A program made the translations under genes and the position numbers. A stretch of DNA of 64,000 bases from the human T2T-CHM13v2.0 reference genome, Homo sapiens, in assembly GCF_009914755.1 (NCBI RefSeq), contig NC_060948.1. The stretch is one strand, 5' to 3'. The notes below the pieces were generated by a model that was not told the origin of the DNA, did no database searches, and worked only from the letters and a program-made list of their open reading frames with translations. The number at the start of each line of letters is the position of its first letter. Position 1 is the first letter of the stretch. Shown here piece by piece: positions 57,572 to 64,000 of the stretch.

Positions 57572-59637
57572 CATTTTCTTAATGCAGTCTATCATTGATA
57601 GACATTTGGGTTGGTTCCAAGTCTATGTGATTGTGACTAGTGCCTCAATAAATATACGTGTGCATGTGTCTTTATAGCAGCACGATTTATAATCCTTTGG
57701 GTATATAACCAGTAATGGGATGGCTGAGTCAAATGGTATTTCCAGTTCTAGATCCCTGAGGAATCACCTCAGTGACTTCCACAAGGGCTGAACTAGTTTA
57801 CAGTCCCACCAACAGTGTAAAGGTGTTCCTATTTCTCCACACCCTCTCCAGAACCTGCTGTTTCCTGACTTTTTAATGATCGCCATTCTCACTGGTGTGA
57901 TATGGAATCTCATTGTGGTTTTGATTTGTATTTCTCTGATGGCCAGTGATGATGAACATTTATTCATGTGTCTGTTGGCTGCATAAATGTCTTCTTTTGA
58001 GAAATGTCTGTTCATGTCTTTCGGGAAGTTTTGATGGGTTTGTTAGTTTTTTTCTTGTAAATTTGTTTGAGTTCTTTGAAGACTCTGGATATTAGCCCTT
58101 TGTCAGATGAGTAAATTGCAAAACTTTTTTCCCATCCTATAGGTTGCCTCTTCACTCTGATGGTAGTTTCTTTTGCTGTGCAAAAGCTCTTTAGTTTAGT
58201 TAGATCTCATTTGTCAATTTTTGCTTTTGTTGCCATTGCTTTTGGTGTTTTAGACATGAAGATCTTGCTCTTTCCTATGTCCTGAGTGGGATTGCCTAGG
58301 TGTTCTTCTAGGGTTTTTATGGTTTTAGGTTTAACGTTTAAGTCTTTAATCCATCTTGAATTAATTTTTATAAGGTGTAAAGAAAGGATCCAGTTTCAGC
58401 TTTCTACATATGGCTAGCCAGTTTTCCCATCACCATTTATTAAATAGGGAATCATTTCCCCATTTCTTGTTTTTGTCAGGTTTGTCAAAGATCAGATGGT
58501 TATAGATGTGTGTTATTATGTCTGAGGACTCTATTATGTTCCATTTGTCTATATCTCTGTTTTGGTACCAGTACCATGCTGTTTTGGTTACTGTAGCTTT
58601 GTAGTATAGTTTGAAGTCAGGTAGTGAGATGCCTCCAGCTTTGTTCTTTTCAATTAGGATTGACTTGGCATTGTGGGCTGTTTTTTTGGTTCCATATGAA
58701 CTTTAAAGTAGTTTTTCCCAATTCTGTGAAGAAAGTCATTGGTAGCTTGATGAAGATGACATTAACTCTATAAATTACTTTGGGCAGTGTGGTTATTTTC
58801 ACTATATTTGCTCTTCCTATCCATGAGCATGGAACGTTCTTCCATTGCTTGTATCATCTTTTATTTCATTGAGCAGTGGTTTGTAGTTCTCCTTGGAGAG
58901 GTCCTTCACATCCCTTGTAAGTTGAATTCCTAGGTATTTTATTCTCTTTGAAGCAATTGTGAATGGGAGTTCATTAATTATTTGGCTCTCTGTTTGTCTG
59001 TTATTGGTGTATAAGAATGCTTGTGATTTTTGCACACTGATTTTGTAACCTGAGACTTTGTTGAAGTTGCCTATCAGCTTAAGGAGATTTTGGGCTGAGA
59101 TGATGTGGTTTTCTAGATATACAATCATGTCATCTGCAAACAGGGACAACTTGACTTCCACTTTTCCTAATTGAATACCCTTTATTTCTTTCTCCTGCCT
59201 GATTGCCTTGCCCAGAACTTCCAACACTATGGTGAATAAGAGTGGTGAAAGTGGGCATCCTTGTCTTGTGCCATTTTTAAAAGGGAATGCTCCAGTTTTT
59301 GCCTGTGTATGGTATTGGCTGTGAGTTTGTTATAAATATCTCTTATTATTTTGGGATACAGCCTATCAATACCTAATTTATTGAGAGTTTTTAGCATGAA
59401 GTCATGTTAAATTTTGTCAAAGGCCTTTTCTGCATCTATTGAGATAATCATGTGGTTTTTGTCTTTGGTTCTGTTTATATGCTGGATTACATTTATTGAT
59501 TTGTGTGTGTTGAGCCAGCCTTGCATCCTAATGTTGAAGCCCACTTAATGATGTTGGATAAGCTTTATGATATGTTGCTGGATTCAGTTTGAAAAAGTTT
59601 TATTGAGGATTGTTACATTGATGTTCATCATGGATCA

Positions 59638-59796
<159 letters not shown>

Positions 59797-62700
59797 TCAG
59801 ATTTGAATGCCTCTGGTACTGCACTTTTTTTTGGTTTGTAAGCTATTAATTATTTCCTCAATTTCAGAGTCTGCTATTGATCTATTCCTAGACTCAACTT
59901 CTTCCTGGTTTAGTCTTGGGAGGGTGTATGTGTCCAGGAATTTATCCATTTCTTATAGATTTTCTAGTTTATTTCTGAAGAGGTGTTTTTAGTATTCTCT
60001 GATGGTAGTTTCTTTTTCTGTGGGATAGGAGGTGATATCCCCTTTGTTATTTTGTATGGTATCTGTTTGATTCTTCTCTCTTTCCTTCTTTATTAGTCTT
60101 GCTAGTGGTCTATCAATTTTGTTGATCTTTTCAGAAAACCAGCTCCTGGATTCATTGATTTTTTGAAGGATTTTTTGTGTCTCTATCTCCTTCAGTTCTC
60201 CTCTGATGTTAGTTATTTCTTTCTTTCCGCTAGCTTTTGAATGTGTTTACTCTTGCTTCTCTAGTTCTTTTGATTGAGATCTTAGGGTTTCAATTTTAGA
60301 TCTTTCCTGCTTTCTCTTGTAGGCTTTTAGTGCTATAAATTTCCCTCTACACACTGCTTTAAATGTGTACCAGACATTCTGGTGTGTTGTGCCTTTGTTC
60401 TCACTGATTTCAAATAACATCTTTATTTCTGCCTTCAATTCATTATGTACCCAGCAGTCATTCAGAAGCAAGTTGTTCAGTTTCCATGTAGTTCAGCGGG
60501 TTTGAGTGAGATTCTTAATGCTGAGTTCTATTTTGATTGAACTACAGTCTGAGAGACAGTTTGTTGTGATTTCTGTTCTTTTACATTTGCTGAGGAGTTC
60601 TTTACTTCCAACTCTGTGGTCAATTTTGGAATAAGTGCGATGTGGTGCTGAGAAGAATGTATAATCTGTTGATTTGGGTTGGAGAGTCCTGTAGATGTCT
60701 ATTCGGTCTGCTTGGTGCAGAACTGAGTTCAATTCCTGGATATCGTTTTTAGCTTTCTGTCTTGTTGATCTGTCTAATGTTGACTGTGAGGTGTTAAAGT
60801 CTCTCATTATTATTGTGTGGATGTCTAAGTCTCCGTGTTGGTCTCTAAAGACTTCCTTTTTGAATCTGGGTGCTCCTGTATTGGGTGCATATATATTTAG
60901 GATAGTTCCTCTTCTTGTTGAATTGATCCCTTTACCATTATGTATTGACCTTCTTTGTCTCTTTTGATCTTTATTAATTTAAAATTTGTTTTATCAGAGA
61001 CTAGGATTGCAACCCCTGCCTTTTATGTTTTCCATTTTGTAAAGTATTTTATTTATCTATCAGTTATGAAGCTTAGTTTGGCTGGATATGAAATTCTGGG
61101 TTGAGAATTCTTTTCTGTAAGAATGTTAATATTGGTCCCCACTCTCTTCTGGCTTGTAGAGTTTCTGCGGAGACATCTGTTAGTGTGATTGGCTTCCCTT
61201 TGTGAGTAACATGACCTTTCTCTCTGGCTGCCTTTAACAATTTTTCCTGCATTTCAACTTTGGTGAATCTGACAATTATGTGTCTTGGAGTTGCTCTTCT
61301 CAAGGAGTATCTTTGTGGTGTTCTGTGTATTTCCTGTATTTGAATGTTGGCCTGCATTGCTAGGTTGGGGAAGTTCTCCTGAATAATATCCTGAAGAGTG
61401 TTTTCCAACTTGGTTCCTTTCTCCCCATCACTTTCATGTACACCAATCAGACATAGATTTGATCTTTTCACATAGTCCCATATTTCTTGGAGGCTTGGTT
61501 CATTTATTTTTACTCTTTTTTCTCTAACTTCTCTTCTCACTTCATTTCATTCATTTGATCTTCACTCACTGATACACTTTCTTCCAGTTGATCAAATCAG
61601 CTACTGAAGCTTGTGCATTCCTCAGGTAGTTCTCATACCATGGTTTTCAGCTCCATCAGGTCATTTAAAGACTTCTCTACAGTGGTTATTATAGTTAGGC
61701 ATTCATCTCATCGTTTTTCAAGGTTTTTAGCTTCTTTGCTATCGGTTCAGACTTCCTCCTTTAGCTCAGAGAAGTTTGATCGTCTGAAGCCTTCTTCTCT
61801 CAACTCATCAAAGTCATTCTCCATCCAGCTTCATTCTGCCTCTGGTGAGGAGCTGTGTTCCTTTGGAGGGGAAGAGGCACTCAGATTTTTAGAATTTTCA
61901 GTTTTTCTGTTCCTTTTTTCCCCATCTTGGTGGTTTTATCTACATTTGGTCTTTGATGATGGTAACGTACAGATGGGGTTTTGGTGTGGATGTGCTTTCT
62001 GTTTGTTAATTTTCCTTCTAGCAGTCAGGACCCTCTGCTGAAGGTCTGTTGGAGTTTGCTGGAGGTCCACTCCAGACCCTGTTTCCCGAGGTATGAACAG
62101 CAGAGGCTGCAGAGTAGTGAATGTTGCTGAAGAGCAAATGTTGCTGCCTAATCATTCCTCTGGAAGTTTCATCTCAGAGGGGTACCTGGCCGTGTGAAAT
62201 GTCAGTCTGCCCTATTTTGGTGCTGTCTCCCAGTTAGGCTACTCAGGGGTCAGGGACTCACTTGAGGCAGTCTGTCCATTCTCAGATCTCAAATTCCATG
62301 CTGGGAGAACCACTACTCTCTTCAAAACTGTCAGAAAGGGACATTTAAGTCTGCAAAGATTTCTGCTGCCTTTTGTTTAGCTATGCCTTGCCCTCAGAAG
62401 TGGAGTCTACAGATGCAGCCAGGCCTCCTTGAGCTGCAGTGGGCTCCACTCAGTTTGAGCTTCCCAGCTGCTTTGTTTACCTACTCAAGCCTCAGCAATG
62501 GTGGTCACACCTCTCCCAGACTCATTGCCATCTTGTAGTTTGGTTTCAAATACTCTGCTAGCTATGATTGAGTTTCTGTGGGTATGAGACCCTCTGTGCC
62601 AGGAGTGGGTTATAATCTCCTAGTGTGCCATTTGCTAAGACCATTAGAAATGTGCAGTATTAGGGTGGTAGTGACCCAATTTTCCAGGTGCCATCTGTCA

Positions 62701-63409
62701 CAGCTTCGCTTGGCTAGGAAAGGGAATTCCTTGACCTCTTGCACTTCCTGGGTGAGGCAATGCCTTGCCATGCTTTGGCTGATACTTGATGTGCTGCACC
62801 CACTGTTCTGCACCCACTGTCCAACAAGCCCCAGTGAGATGAACTTGGTACTTCAGTTGGAAATGCAGAAATCACATGTCTTCTGCATCAATAATGCTGG
62901 GAGCTGTAGACTGGAGTTTTTCCTATTTGGCCATCATCAGGAATGGTTTTTACAAGTGGGATTAGCCTCAGAGATGGGAGATGGAAGGAAATTAATCTTA
63001 CAGGCATTAGAACCCAGGAGGCAAGGGTCAGGATTGATAGGATAGATAAGCAAGTCTCACTTGGTTAACATGATTTTAAGAGTTCTCCTCATGTCTGCAG
63101 GGTCAACCAACTTATTCTCTGGACCCTGCAGCTGAATGGCTTTCCTATCTGACAACCCTCAGTTCAGCTCAGGAGTACAGAAAAATTGGAAGCTGGTTTC
63201 AGGCAAACCAATGCTCCCAACTCTGAAGAATAGGGGGTTCTTAGAGAGATCTTTCCCAGAAAGCCTTACACCCATGTCTTTAGTCCGGTTGCCATGCTAG
63301 TCACTTTTAATTGGCTGACAGGTGCCTGGCATTTAGCTCACAAATTCTAAGGAAAAATAGGACACAATAGTAAGTAAAAGGGGTCTGATGGTACTCACCA
63401 TATGGGGCT

Positions 63410-63427
63410 ATCCCTGGTGAGCCCCCA
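63410..63427 (-). promoter_or_regulatory. Primer binding site resembling tRNA-Pro
   Basis: TGGGGGCTCACCAGGGAT matches the tRNA-Pro PBS TGGGGGCTCGTCCGGGAT at 15/18 positions. Confidence 0.75.
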
Positions 63428-63430
63428 AGA

Positions 63431-64000
63431 TGTGTTCTGAGTTTTTTTTATTTCTGGTGTGTTTGTGTCCTCACTGACTTCAAGAATGGAACCATGGACC
63501 TTTGCAGCGATTGTTACAGCTCTTAAAGATGGCACAAATGCAGTTGGGCATGGTGGCTCATGCCTGTAATCCCAGCACTTTGGGAGGCTGTGGTAGGTGG
63601 ATCACAATATCAGGAGATCAAGACCATCCTGGTTAACATGGTGAAATCCTGTCTCTATTAAAAATACAAAAAATTAGCCAGGCATGGTGGTGGGCACCTG
63701 TAATCCCAGCTTCTCAGGAGGCTGAGGAAGGAGAATGGCGTCAACCCAGGAGGCAGAGCTTGCAGTGAGCCAAGATAACACCACTGCACACCATCCAGCC
63801 TGGGTGACAGAACGAGACTCCATTAAAAAAAATTACACAAACACAAAGAAGGAGCATCAGGAAGATTTATTGTGAATAGAAAAAGAACAAAGCTTCCATA
63901 GCATGGAAAGGAAGCAAAGTGGATTGCCACTGCTGGCTGGGGTGGCTAGATTTTATTCCCTTATTTGTCCCTGCCCATGTCCTGCTGATTGGTCCATTTT
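63431..64000 (-). mobile_element. 5' LTR (LTR12F-like), partial
   Basis: Homologous to 42848-43110 (GACTTCAAGAATGGA, GTTACAGCTCTTAAAGAT, TCCTGCTGATTGGTCCATT). Confidence 0.9.
63541..63833 (+). mobile_element. AluY/Sc inside the 5' LTR
   Basis: Contains GAGATCAAGACCATCCTGG and GGAGAATGGCG; it is absent from the 3' LTR. Confidence 0.9.

Overview
Primate (human-like) genomic DNA with no intact protein-coding gene. Nearly all listed ORFs are Alu, L1 or ERV translations or GC-rich chance frames. Bases 1-19 kb are Alu-rich, intron-like sequence downstream of a ~1.5 kb CpG-island promoter (about 19.1-20.6 kb), which probably drives a minus-strand non-coding transcript. The setting resembles Xp22.3/Yq11 X-degenerate sequence such as a TTTY14/FAM239-type locus, but that placement is inference only. 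A deleted HERV-W (LTR17) provirus lies at 22.4-30.0 kb, with an Alu inserted exactly in its RT YxDD motif. From 42.8 kb to the end lies a minus-strand HERV9-like (LTR12F-type) provirus whose leader holds two nested, near full-length L1PA elements; the inner one carries a 3' transduction. The three most notable observations are: (i) a chain of decayed minus-strand exon-like segments at 30.3-42.4 kb that read as a signal peptide plus several ZP-N-like (zona pellucida N-terminal) domain fragments, a candidate unannotated fossil gene; (ii) a 146-bp, 145/146-identical inverted pair of old Alu arms 1 kb apart beside the promoter; (iii) the L1 3' transduction. Repeat family names are from recalled consensus sequences and need RepeatMasker/Dfam confirmation.
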